The position numbers were made by a program, and so were the translations under genes. From positions 16,602,795-16,666,794 of the forward strand of contig NC_092670.1 in the NCBI RefSeq assembly GCF_964355755.1: a stretch of DNA of 64,000 nucleotides, in the 5' to 3' direction. The notes beneath the pieces are model-generated. The model did no database searches and was not told where the DNA came from. It saw only the letters and a program-made list of their open reading frames with translations. Numbering within the stretch: position 1 is the first letter of the stretch; each line of letters starts with the position of its first letter. Source of the DNA: Antedon mediterranea (lineage: Eukaryota > Animalia > Echinodermata). This document shows, in pieces, positions 52,601 to 64,000 of the stretch.

Positions 52601-55325
52601 AATATAATTATTAACAATAGCTCTGCCTTAATTCATGACTCTGAGTATCTCTGACAGAATCAGAACAATAGTGCTTTTAAGTTTCAGCTTGAATCAGTTG
52701 CTGTTTACTCTCTCAATATCCTCAAATTTAATTACAGTATTGAAATATATTTTGCTTTTTGTATTAAAAAAAAATTAACTTCATTAAACAAATATATAAT
52801 TAAATGTAATTTGTATTTTGTAGTTATTTCTCATTAGTGTGTTTCAATTGTTGATATTTTCATAAGAAATATTTGATTATTCATCATCAATCCAAAAGCA
52901 AATTACTGAAAAAATGGCATCAGTGCCTGGATCTCAACGGAAATACAAATAAAATAAGCAAAGCGAAAAAGTAAAACAGCTAAAAGGATGTACCAAGCTA
53001 CAATAGCGCTGTACACAATACGTAGGGTGATTTAATGTGTAAATAGATGTAACTACAGTAATATGTACTGTACTATTAATCTACGCTATAAATTTGACTT
53101 AATTAAATAGACGATTCCTTGCTACCACCAACTTCAAATTGAATTGGAATACAGTCGGATTCCTATGTAAGAGCCATGCTTTTTCTATTTCTTCTTCTCA
53201 TTTGTGTTTGATCAGTTTAATACTAGAGTCTTATAATTGTTGTATATGTAATGCACCTACAGTACCCCTTCATCTATGAGGCATTTTATTGGATACGGGT
53301 GTTACTACAGTATAAATATAAATTTATATTAGACATTACATTAGAAAAACCATCTAAAAACATCTAAATTAAATTATTTCTCATACATATATTTCCTATC
53401 CTGAATCTACATTTTAAATACATAACATAATGCGATTACATTAAAGAGTAATACAATTCCCTGTAAGTTTTTCTATAACAATTTAAACACAAACATTCAG
53501 ATTTTGTTTAAACGTGATGAGTAATTTGTGCTGGATGGAGCATTGCTTATTATATAACACCTATATAAATTCCTGTCATTTGATTGGACGAATGTGGGTC
53601 ACATGGCGTGCAATAGTACGCACTATTCAACGATCGTTAAATAGTACTTTTTGAAACATTTTTGTGTACGAAAAAAAAACGTCTAGATGTTATATAAAAC
53701 AAATAATGAATGTTTTGTATTCGTGTAATGGTACAAATAATGGCACTTGGTGAATGATGAAAGGTTATATCAACTCGGCTTTGCCTCGTTGATATAACCT
53801 TTCATCATTCACCTCGTGCCATTATTTGTACCATTGCACTCATAAACATTCATTATTTGTATAATAGTATACAAAGCATTGTATCCCCTAGAGATACACT
53901 GAATATTAATCTAATGTATCTTAAATTAAAACTACACTAATATGAACTACTGTACAATCATGCTGTGCTCCAGATATTGGAGTTTTTTGTCGCGCTGTAT
54001 TTAAATTTCATTTTAAACAGCATAGTCTTACCATAGAATTACTTACTAAAATCAAGTACTGTATGATGTGCTGCAGATATTGTGTTTGGTTGTTTTTTGT
54101 CACACTGTATTTAAATTTCATTTTAAACAGCATAGTCTTACCATAGAATTACTTACTAAAATCACGTACTGTATGATGTGCTGCATATATTGTGTTCGGT
54201 TGTTTTTTGTCATACTGTATTTAAATTTTAAACATACTGCCATAATGCAGCTTGTAATCCACACAAATTTACACCTAAATTGTTTGGAAAGAAGCATTTG
54301 ATTCAATCTTACGATCAAAATGTCCAGCACACTGCGCCCATATGCAAGATTTTACTCATTTATCCTGTTAATTATTAAAATAAAGTAACATTGTATACTG
54401 TTATTGTTAACAGGAAGAGTACCGTCAGTCGATGCCAGCCTCTACGTACCAGCAGCAGAAGCTTAGAGTGTGTGAAGTATGTTCAGCCTACTTAGGCCTA
54501 CAAGATAATGATAGACGTCTTGCAGACCACTTTGGTGGCAAGCTACATCTGGGCTTTATTGAGATCCGTGAAAAACTTGCAGCTTTAAAAGTAAGTTAAA
54601 ACAATTGCAATCATAAGAAATATAAACATTCTACTGTAATGCTTGTTAACATTTGAGAATATTATGTCATTTTTTAACAATATTTTTGTGTTTTATCTAG
54701 AAACTTGTTGCTGCAAAGAAAGAATCGCGAGAAGCCGAAAGAGCCAAACGACGAGAAGAGCGTGAAAAGGAGAGAGAAAAAGACTTACAACGTAGGAAGA
54801 GAAGGTATGTATGAAGTGAAGGGTTTACTTTTTAGCAATTTAAAAAAAACAGAAAGAAAATATATATATTAGGGAATAGAAAGTAGTAAAGAATTTAAAT
54901 AGTTTGGCAATGTCCACATGACTTTTATTCACCAATAAGAAATTTTAAGTAAGATCTCCTAGACTTAGTGCAATGTACATATTTTTATTTTCAGGACAAG
55001 ATCTCGTTCCCGTGAACGTAGAAGATCACGCTCAAGAGAAGACAGCAGGCAAAAGTCTCGCGATCGCCGCCGATCTCGTTCCCGGGAACGTCGTCGCCGG
55101 TCTCGTTCCCGTGATCGGGAAAGGCGTAGACGCTCCAGATCACGAGATAGATCTAGCCGCAGACGATCACGATCAAGAAGTTCTGAAAAAAGAAAGTCAA
55201 GGTCTCGTGATAGAAGTTCCCGTGATCGCAGTTCTCGCGACCGTAAATCTAATGAGAAAAGTAGCCGGCAGTCACATGATAGTGATGATAGAAATGGAGA
55301 CAGAAGGAGTGCAAGTGTAGATTGA
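46605..55325 (+). CDS. LUC7L: U1 snRNP-associated LUC7 protein, LUC7L/LUC7L2 type, with RS-rich tail
   Basis: Exons 46605-46665, 46863-46957, 48657-48755, 48944-49054, 50507-50650, 54414-54590, 54701-54804, 54995-55325. Motifs: MSAQEQMRKMLDELMG, ZnF1 VCRSFLLNCCPHD...C...H, ZnF2 QQQKLRVCEVCSAYLG...RLADHFGGKLH, RSRSRE/RD repeats. Confidence 0.96.
46971..48486. mobile_element. Non-autonomous element with TGTTA..TAACA ends and 4-bp duplication (Ginger-like) in LUC7L intron 2
   Basis: CATC|TGTTATGCACGATTT...AAATCGCGCATAACA|CATC. Subterminal arrays of the palindrome TTGCGCAATTTCAAATTGCGCAA at both ends. Confidence 0.8.
49490..49544 (+). other. Candidate stop-containing (poison) cassette exon in LUC7L intron 4
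   Basis: Branch-like CTTAAT, pyrimidine tract ending TTCTTTCTCAG, 55-nt exon reading ISQQPMRDRR* in frame with exon 4, donor TTT|GTAAGT. Confidence 0.55.
50669..50792. mobile_element. Family A MITE copy 18 nt into LUC7L intron 5
   Basis: Perfect TIRs with TA flanks. Confidence 0.9.
51064..52428 (-). CDS. Nested antisense gene: putative secreted protein with Thr-rich mucin-like repeats and a C-terminal LamG/concanavalin-A-like (pentraxin-like) domain
   Basis: 454-codon ORF. Probable splice 52428-52419 (ATGATGCATG|GTAAGT) to 52259 gives MMHEYELFTVVMSAMILFACG (signal-like). (VTTPQR/VTTTQQ)n repeats. LamG-type motifs LLAHYSFEDNLNDVSGNG, GKAVQFNG, EWIHVVFTF...VYING, YFYGMMDEIKLY. Confidence 0.8.
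   Translation of the reverse strand: MMHGKYRLTVDKFAKLVRALQILCFTVRIIITLTNIIFITLFVNISNCKFIFIFVIEYELFTVVMSAMILFACGHNCNENTKLVNIFGRYSCVSIIQKKCFRYSAVSANDTGKDDKMNSLKLHHVSHRVTTPQRVTTPQRVTTPQQVTTLDIETTHLLTTSEQVTTLDVKTTSLFTTQQVTHQKKMTTLDIKTISLSTTQQVTTTQQVTTTQQVTTTQQVTTTQQVTTTQPLTTTQPLTTLDALNSNLLAHYSFEDNLNDVSGNGYDGAVVGSAVTYTQGLQGKAVQFNGNSRLYMEKFETYNFGSEFSFSLLLNCVPSTTERIGFISNGFQDSGTWEMKRRSKNGFRISVFGPPPELTIDDFRFNEWIHVVFTFGGKTSTVYINGVLANSMCCADLDSLGRGSGVTIGAFGTGHLDSDDGYFYGMMDEIKLYSTNLTADDAVALFKYYSPLPA
53551..53863. mobile_element. Element ending in a ~160-bp palindrome (Crypton-like non-autonomous, tentative)
   Basis: Near-perfect inverted repeat 53699-53860 centred on AACTCGGCTTTGCCTCGTT. Confidence 0.55.
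53975..54232. repeat. Local tandem duplication of about 110 bp
   Basis: CTGTATTTAAATTTCATTTTAAACAGCATAGTCTTACCATAGAATTACTTACTAAAATCA.GTACTGTATGATGTGCTGCA occurs twice, plus a partial third copy. Confidence 0.9.
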
Positions 55326-56074
55326 TATTTGTAATATTTTAATCATAATTTTTAATTCATATGAAGTCTTTATACATGTTTTTTTGCAGCGTTAAATTAT
55401 AAATGTAATGCATTTATATTCATTTCATTGATTAAATCAATGAACAGAACAAAATAAGAATTAATTGGGAATATGTTGTTAAAATTTAAACTGTAGAATT
55501 TTATGTGAATAATGGTAAATTAAACTACTGGAAATTAATTTTCATGCTTAAAATCTTTGGCCACACACAGTTCCCAGTTCTTAATATTATTTTTTATTGA
55601 ATTTAAAAATACTGTATTTGTATGGAAATACTGTATGTAATTAAAAGTGACGCATCAGATAATGCTCAAATATCTGGGATTTTGTTATGGTTGTTCCTGT
55701 ATAGTGGTTAACTGATGACGGTGTTAAACATATTTTCCCCCACATCCCTTTTAGGAAGGTGGCCCCTGTGAATGGGGTGGCCCCTCTGAATAGGTGGCCC
55801 AAGGGAGAAGACTGCCTCAAATTGCATTTTCGAATCCTGGTGACGACCATCAGTAATACATTTGAATTACATTGTTGAATATAGTAATAGTCTAAGTAAA
55901 TCATTTTAAACTTGTCATATACACAGAAATTACGTTGCAAGCAAGTACAATAGTACACACAGGGCTTGCACAGGAGTTAAATACAGTAGTCTTGGTGTAT
56001 TTAATTGTTATCGATTAATGAATTTCTGTTTTTCACATTAAATATTAAGTTAATGTATTGTATGTGTTTGTTTA

Positions 56075-56830
56075 TCGGTTCCCACTATGACACAACGCAA
56101 GGACGTAGACGCAACGCAAGCGAGTTGACCAATAACACGCGACAGTTCGAATAATCCATCGCTTGTGATTGGTCAAATCGCGTTGCGTCCTAGTGAAAAA
56201 CCAAGCTTTAACGATAATTGATACAGACTTCATATCCTATCATATACATATCTAAATGCGGCATTTATTCGCTGTATTGCAAGATAACATCATCAAGTAT
56301 CTTTTCCTCCGTGGTATTATCTTCACATAAGCGTGGTTCCCACTAGCGACACAACGCAAGGACGTAACGCAACGCAAGTGAATTGACCAATCACAAGCAA
56401 AGTTATAGACAGTTAGTAATCACAAGCGAATAAGCCATCGCTTGTGATTGGTCAATTGCGTTGCGTTACGTCCTTGCGTTGCGTCGCTAATGGGAACCAC
56501 GCTTAACTACATGAACTTCAATTAAATACAAGGGATTGTGACGACACAGGTGGTTTTCCGTTAAACGCGTGATTCTTGGACGCGACGCAACTCAACGGCG
56601 TGCTGGCGAAAGTTTGGATGACCTATCGCGTCGTGATTGGGGGTCAAATTGCTAAAGCTTGATTCTAACTTTTTGGACGCAACGACGTGGGCGCAACGAA
56701 AGTTGAGTTGTCCAATCACAAGCACAGTTCGAATGGTCCATCGCGTACTAGTGTTGATTGGTCAAATGTAAGCTTTTGGCGCGTTTACGTCCTTGTGTTG
56801 CGTTCTCCACCAAGTGAAGACCAGGCTTAT
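56075..56830. mobile_element. Cluster of palindromic MITEs (TIR AGCGTGGTTCCCACTAGCGAC)
   Basis: Best copy 56329-56505, flanked by degenerate copies at about 56075-56210, 56545-56665 and 56655-56830. Confidence 0.8.
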
Positions 56831-57669
56831 AAACGCGACCTATATATTAATGAAAGCCATAGACCTCCACAAATAAATTGGAATATATTAATCAGAATTT
56901 ATTATATGGATTCTTCATTAACGTTTAGAATTATCTCATGTAATATACAACTTCTTCGTTTACATTATCATGTTTCAATTCTCATATCACACGCCCCCTA
57001 TTCAATTACATAAGTATTCTGCAGAAAAAAAACTGGCGTACCGTTTTACGGTGAGGTGAGGACCTGCACTTTGCTCCCAAACATTTCAAACATCGTTCGT
57101 TTAAAGGTTGTCGACAAAAATATCGTGGCGGTGGCTATAAACAAAGAGTAAATAAAGATTAGAAATCACTTTGTTGGCATCTTCTGAGGTATGCATAGTA
57201 ATACTTGAGCTATCATCCAGTGTACATAACTCAACTATATTTCAGCAGGTTGTTAATTTTTGTTGCAACTTATATTTTGCATAATTGCTTTGGAATATTT
57301 GCGTACAAAAGTACAAGTAAGTATATTTTAATATCATATTATAATTAATTAGATTATATTTATCAAAACAAAGTTAGTCTATACTATGTGTTATACTGAA
57401 TTGTTACTATATATTATAAATTCTTGTTAATATTTTATCCGACTGTACAAGCATGGTCATTTAGTATAGGTGGGGGTGGGGGTGTACGGGGTTGGTCCCA
57501 TCCCCTCAACTGTTTGAATAAATTTTAAATACAATTGATGCCTCTCAATTAATATAGATACTGTAGCGGATTTGTCCACCTTTTATTTCAAGGCTGATAA
57601 ATACAAAGTTATCACACTTATCCTATATAAGACTAATTAAATTAGTATTATTTTCTGTATGACCATATT

Positions 57670-57968
57670 GCTTTGTTTCCATTAGGACGCAACCAATCAC
57701 AAGCGATGGATTATCCGAAATTTTCGCTTGTCATTTAGTGGGTCAGTTAGCTTGCGTTTGCGCTTTCGACCTTGCGTTGCGTCCTAAAGCGTGGTTCCCA
57801 CTAGCGACGCAACACAATGACGTAACGCAACGCAAGTGAATTGACCAATCACACGCGATGGCTTATTCGCTTGTGATTGCTAACTGTCTATAACTTCGCT
57901 TGTCATTGGTTAAAACGCTTGCGTTGCGTTTACGTCCTTGCATTACGTTCTAGTGGAAACCAAGCTTT
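57670..57968. mobile_element. Two more copies of the same palindromic MITE
   Basis: AAGCGTGGTTCCCACTAGCGACGCAAC...CTAGTGGAAACCAAGCTT at 57788-57968, with a truncated copy directly upstream. Confidence 0.8.
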
Positions 57969-58144
57969 AATGAGAACCAAGATTAAATATACACACAGGT
58001 GGCTAACGCGCATTTCCGAAAAAGAAAAATATGTAGGGCCTCTATTATGTTTTATCAGAGTTTGTATGTGCGTGAAAAGTATCGTAACTCATTATGAGGG
58101 CCCCTTGACTGTTAGCATACGCTGTTTAGGGTCACCATCTATAA

Positions 58145-58350
58145 GGGTTCAAGCCTCACTCGCTCCTCAGTGGCTCTGGTGGTAGAATTAGTCTTCTTGG
58201 AAAAGGACTATAAACCGTAGGTCCAGTTCTGACTCATGTGCACCTAGTACATCTTCCGAGACGAGTAGGGGGTTATCCCGGCGTACTAGTATACACACTG
58301 TCACTCATCATGAGGGCCCATTGATTGTCAGCATGCGCTATTTAAGGTCA
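58145..58350 (+). mobile_element. Partial Deu/Nin-like SINE copy upstream of the globin
   Basis: GGTTCAAGCC B box, GGACTATAAACCGTAGGTCC, GAGTAGGGGGTTATCCCGGCGTACTAG. Confidence 0.7.
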
Positions 58351-59155
58351 CCCTCTATAAATAAGGTGTAATACAAAATAAAATAAGATTAAATAAATAA
58401 AGAAACTAAAAATGGTCAAAAACTGTCACTGAGGGATTTCCATAATTGTGAAGCTATATAGACAATTAGTAAGTTCATGTAATGCACATAATTTGTTAAT
58501 GACAATAACAATTATGGGGTCACTATTAGTGGCTGTGACATTTGTGGCATTTGTTTGTTCAAATTTGGTTTGTCATAATAAGGTTAACTGTTGAAATATT
58601 AAATCACATTGCGTCAACATTTAAAAACCATATGCATTATCATTGTTTTTAATTAGTGGTATTACTATAAGTATCATCGTATATAGGTCGGTATTGTTTG
58701 AAATGTGTGTCTGATCTGCTTAACAAAAAGATGATTAGTGTTGAGTAGATATTGCAAGTGTATTGCCTCGAAGCTCAACATAATGCAATTATAGGTCTAC
58801 TGAATTGTAGGCCTACAATGACTATATATTTCTATAAAAGACATGCGGCCTACTCAACAAATCATTTAAGCTATATATCTGTCTGTATAGATGTAGTATC
58901 CTGTAGTAATTGTATAAAATCATACACGTGCCAGACTAAAACCAGAAGAAAAAAAACAAAGTGATCTTTGACCAATTTGGAAATCTATCCTGATACGTGA
59001 ATAGTGTTATACTGTACCATTATTGTTCTTACAGAATACTACAAAGTTATCTCCGTTCAATTTGGCACGTACGGTGAAATTTTATTATTTATTATTGACA
59101 TAAAGTTGATTACGCGGTTTTATTGAAGTCTATAATTGTTTTGTTTAATATTAGG

Positions 59156-61652
59156 ATGGGAGGTGAACAATCGTACTTAGGTAAACTGTGGTCTGCTATT
59201 CGTTGGTTTACCGGATGGGAAGGTGAGTACGTACCTGGATGTGCTATCGTACCTTTTTATTTATTTATTGTTTGCAGGAATAATACATGTTCGACAATCG
59301 CTTTTATTTGATAGATTAACTCGATGAGGGTGCTGGAAATATAATACGATTTTAATTATAAAGTAGAACCTACTCTTATTAACAGACAGATTCTGGACCC
59401 AATAAGTGTCGCTTTAATAGAAGTGACCCGGCTGAATAATTGTTAGCCTTCGTTAACATATGATCTGTATTGCCTCTTGGTACGGTCATTTCACGAAAAC
59501 GTGTTTCTGTCCCAATAAATAACGTCCAATAATGTCCAAAGGGATGGGTTCAACCCACTATATGAATATGTACACGTTCACACTCGCTTTTAGAGGAGTT
59601 CAGAGGCGTTGGTTGAACATGTTTCTTTCATAACTTAAAATGCTATTATAATGCAATTGCTCTTTAAACAGATCACGTCGGATTGAGCATGCCAACTTGT
59701 AACGTACAGCAACGTATACTAATATAGGTTCCGAGACTTGCCAACATTCACAAAATTGAAAACTAAATTTCTTCACATTTTATCACCAATTTATTTGTAA
59801 CAGATGACCAGGAAAGGGACGTGATTGGCTTGACATCCCGGCAACGAAAATCAATTCGACAAATGTGGACGGAAATTAACAAGGATAAAATTAACGTCGG
59901 AATTGGAATTTTTGTGAAGTATGCTCAACTTATTTATTCAATCACTTTAGTCTACTGGGACTCGACATAACGATAGTATATTCGTTATTAATGTTTTCGA
60001 ACAATTTATTTTCTAGTTTATTTAATATTCTCAACATGTGAGTTCAACGTCGGTAATTATGTGCAGTCTGCTCACAGGCAATGTCTGTTGTCTATTAATC
60101 GACATTATAAGTCCCTATGTATATGAATTCCACTTTGATATTTAAAATCAGTTATGTTACACAATCGCAAATAAAAAGGCCATACGGTGAAATTGGTAAA
60201 AACATGACAAATAAAAATAAATACTGTTATAGTTAGAAAGATTTTAACTTGTTAATGCTCTTGGTCAAGGACCAGGATTAAACGCATCTTTGTCAACCAC
60301 AAACACAGAGAGACTGCTATACATGAATAATTGGCATCTTGACTTGCGATCACAATCGCAATAAATAATTTTATTAATTTTAGAATAACATTAAACTTTG
60401 TTCACTTAATATTAAAAACATTCATATTCTCAGCTTGTTCTTCAAATCTTTAGAACAAGGTAAGCAAAGTCTACATTCAATAGACCTCAAGATTATCTTA
60501 AGAAGTTCTTAAATTTTGGCTTTTTTGGTTCTATAGGTTATTTACCGAATACCCGGAAGCACGGCAACTATTTCCAGCCCTTCGCAAACTAACATTTGAT
60601 GAAAACTTTGGAAAAAGTCCAAAACTGAAAGCACATTCAGGTCGATTTATGGGGTTATTATCAACTTGTGTGGAAAATATTGAAGATCCTGAAGTATTCG
60701 AACAGCTATTAGTAGGCTTAGCAGCATCACACTTCAAACTTAAAGTTGAAACAAGTCATTTTAAGGTAAAATATACATTTTGGGGATCGTGCAGGTGAGC
60801 GAGGGGGCGGGGCATCTTTGTTGTTAACTATCGCTGACATTAATTCATTAGAATGTTGCTATATCATCATCATTATACGTCATCAACATCCTGTTCGCTA
60901 TCGCAGTTTTTTATGGCTCTCTTTGGTGATGTTCCTAAAAAAACAATAACTATCGGATGTATTGCACATAGTGCTACCATGTCTCTAGATATTTGAAATA
61001 CTTTTTGGAGAGTAAATCATTCTTATAATAAAGTACAAAAAAAAATGTGTTGTGGCCATATCACATTTGGGCATTTCACTACCATATTTGGGCACATCAC
61101 ACTTTTTTTTTCAAACTAGTTTGATAGTGTAGACAGAGCTTTAGCTTATACGAATTAGAGTGACGTGTTATCCAATAAGGCTAGGCCTATGCTGTAGGTT
61201 TGAAGAGAACTCTCTCTTTCATGACCGTACAACGGAAGATGACATCCTAGAAGAGAATGATACCCGTCTGACTTACCTTGAAGATAAACATGTGGAGGCT
61301 AATGGACAAGACAAACGAAAGATGTATCTTGTGGCACCTGTGAATCAGGTGTGAAATGCCCTTAACTCATGGTCATTGTGTATAGGCCTACAGAATGTTC
61401 CTCAGTGTGAACGCAGTTCATTATTCCTCTTTCCTGATATAGGTCTACTTTATATTTTCTGAATATTGTATTTCTAAATGTATTTTCTTTCAGGCTTTAG
61501 GTCCCATTATGATCGAAACATTTTCAACACACCTTGGACGAGAATTTACATCAGAAAGAGGCGCAAGTTGGGATATATTTCAAGGATACATGTTTAAGAT
61601 CATCACTACAGAACTCCAATCAATTGGGGAGGAGCAGCACCACAGCGAGTGA
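59156..61652 (+). CDS. Globin with N-terminal extension and myristoylation-type MGxxxS start
   Basis: Exons 59156-59222, 59804-59918, 60537-60765, 61494-61652. A-helix LTSRQRKSIRQMW, C2 Pro (EYPEA), CD1 Phe (QLF), distal His (KLKAHSGRFM), proximal His (LAASHFKL), H-helix Trp (ASWD). Introns at B12.2- and G7.0-equivalent positions. Confidence 0.93.
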
Positions 61653-62911
61653 TGTACGCGTTTACGTTGAGCGCAGCGAATTTAAATAACGTACCATCAG
61701 TGACAATAAATTCACGCATATTGCGTTGAATGTATTGCGTTAAATGGCTTACTAAATCCAATCACGGACTACGGTTCGTAAGTTTACAAAGCCGTAATAT
61801 TTTATACACTAAAGGCCCACTATATTGTTTAAGTTTTATACTTGTTATAACGGTGGTGGTCATTTAAAATAAGACTATGTGAAAAGTGCATGGATGTATA
61901 TAGAATCTAATCTCTTTAATTAATAAAAATTAGTGTAAAATTATTATATTACTGTATTGAATATCTACGTTCGTTATTAATCGATTTATTCGTTCCATTT
62001 TCAAAGGTTAGGCCTACAAAAATGGCCATCGAATGCTTTAATAAGGGCCTATGTCAGGTAAGCGTCGTACCTATCAGATTTCCTTCTTAGAGAAATCCTA
62101 TATTGAGAAGTTTGAAAGTTTACACAATAGTCTATTGTAACATTAGAGGATAGACGTGACACCTCTTTATTCCGATTATTGTTCGCAGACTATTTAAATA
62201 TACTTTGTATAACAGATATAACATTGTACCATGGACGTCTATGCTTGTACTAGGAATAAGTTTCGAATATTATGTAGTGTTGTGTTTCTTTAAAGTAGGG
62301 TTTGTTGTTTATTTTGTCCTTGTTCAATCACGTTTTAGATCAACATTTATTACTCGCCATGGCAATCTAAATTTATCTCAGCATTGTCCACAGCATAATC
62401 GAGGTTGATATAGGTCTTTAGGTCTTTTCAGGGGATTCACCAGAGACTGTATCTAGTTTTCCCCAGGTATAATAGGAAAATTGCGTGATAGTATCGTTTC
62501 TCACATGTAGGTAGGGCCTATAGGCCATCTAACGCTTAATATAGCCTTACATACAGGCACCACTTTTACGGAATTTTTTCTCCGATAATGAGGATTGTGT
62601 ATTATATTTATAGTTTAGAACAATGGTTTATGTATTAAGGTAACAGTACAGACAACCCTGATATCTTTAATTTAAGTGGAGGGGGGCCTATCTGTGTATA
62701 TGGCAATGAATATATACAAGTGGTTATATATAGAGTGAAATTCACTGAATGGGCTATTTACGATTCGCCCCGTTGGTACTTATCAACGTTTTATTATCAA
62801 TTGGGTTCAAATGCATACCAAGAATTAATTCATACATTAAATGGTATCATTATGGCACCGTAAATTACCTCATTAAACGATCGGGTCTGTCATTCACCAC
62901 CTGTGGCCTAA

Positions 62912-63040
62912 GTGAGGCCGACAAATTGAGGTAGGCCCTACAAACAGCGCGTAAAAGGTGATGACAATTTTAGTATGTAGGAGGCCGACAAATTGAGGTA
63001 GGCCCTACAAACAGCGCGTAAAAGGTGATGACTATTTTAT
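62912..63040. repeat. Tandem duplication of about 68 bp
   Basis: GAGGCCGACAAATTGAGGTAGGCCCTACAAACAGCGCGTAAAAGGTGATGAC occurs twice. Confidence 0.9.
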
Positions 63041-64000
63041 TTGTAGTATGTATATCTGTATTTCTATGTGTCATGCCACTTTCTTTTTGTGACGTCACTA
63101 AAAATGGCGAGACTGGTAAATCACTCACGATAGATATAGAAGAAAATAAATACTTAAAATAAAAGGTGATAAATAAGTGTTTTTTTATGTTTAAAATTCA
63201 TAACGACCTGTACGAATATAACATTTTACTATTTAACCAAATTAAAGACTGGTAGACATTCTGTAATGTATTATGACTATATAGTCATACATAATAATTT
63301 ATATGATTTATACAATTCCAACGCAGAAAATATAGTGAAAAACTCAACATCAACTAAAATTATTATACTAGGTCAAGCTTACAAAATAAATAACAAAACT
63401 ATTTTGAAAAACTTGTCAAGTAGTAAAAACGTCAGTCGATTCAAATTTACAAGTTAATTTGCTGTCGTAGGGGATGTTGGGAGTTGTAAAGCACAATTTG
63501 TTTCATTTACTTTGGACCAATCGGATGCTCCCACGAGAAAGGTGAACGCAACAATACTACGTCATCATCGACAACTATCGAAATATGTGCATCTGCTAGT
63601 AATTGGTGGTCGAATTGTTTAGCTTCCAATGATCAGCTTCGGCTGGATCGTTCACCCTCGTAAAATATTAAATATAAATAAAAGTATTGAGAAAAAGTAT
63701 TGAGATGTGTGAAAGATGATAATGAAAAAACATGGACAAAAAAGATGAATTGAATCAGAGCAAATGTGTCATCTTATGATCTGGAGTTAGTTATGTGTAT
63801 ACGGATACCAATAAAATTAAATTTCAGTAGAACATTTGAAATTATTCCCTTCATCGGAAAAAACCAAATTATTTCGCTTATTTTATAAGAGAATTCTTTT
63901 TTAAAATGTTTAATTTAGTACTGTATTAAGTTAACCACGGACTATATTATAACAATAAAATTGTTTAACATAATTTTTAGAGGGGAAACTCTATCGTTAT

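Noticed and set aside
54973-55320. 115-aa ORF in the ORF track
   Set aside because: Alternative frame of the LUC7L RS-domain exon; splice phase supports the RS frame ending at 55325.
63088-63120. TGACGTCA plus AAAATGGCG followed by a GT, a possible first exon of the next gene
   Set aside because: No downstream exon identified in the window, so it cannot be supported.

Overview
AT-rich, intron-rich animal genomic DNA from an invertebrate bilaterian, probably a non-vertebrate deuterostome (inference). By reading splice sites and translating exons I find nine protein-coding genes. In order: the 5' end of CLEC16A (-), L-threonine aldolase (+), TK1 (-), RAB40 (-), MLST8 (+), SLC39A11/ZIP11 (-), LUC7L/LUC7L2-type (+), a mucin-LamG gene nested antisense in LUC7L intron 5, and a globin with a myristoylation-type N-terminus (+). 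The main point of interest is that this gene set looks like a pre-duplication copy of the vertebrate globin paralogon (human 16p13 alpha-globin/LUC7L/RAB40C/MLST8/CLEC16A and 17q24-25 CYGB/RAB40B/TK1/THA1P/SLC39A11). Other highlights are a candidate autoregulatory poison exon and a 5' splice-site decoy cluster in LUC7L intron 4, a U12 intron in MLST8, GC-AG introns, three divergent promoters, and many non-autonomous DNA transposons, several nested. All gene names and transposon superfamily calls come from recognising motifs by eye; no database search was run.
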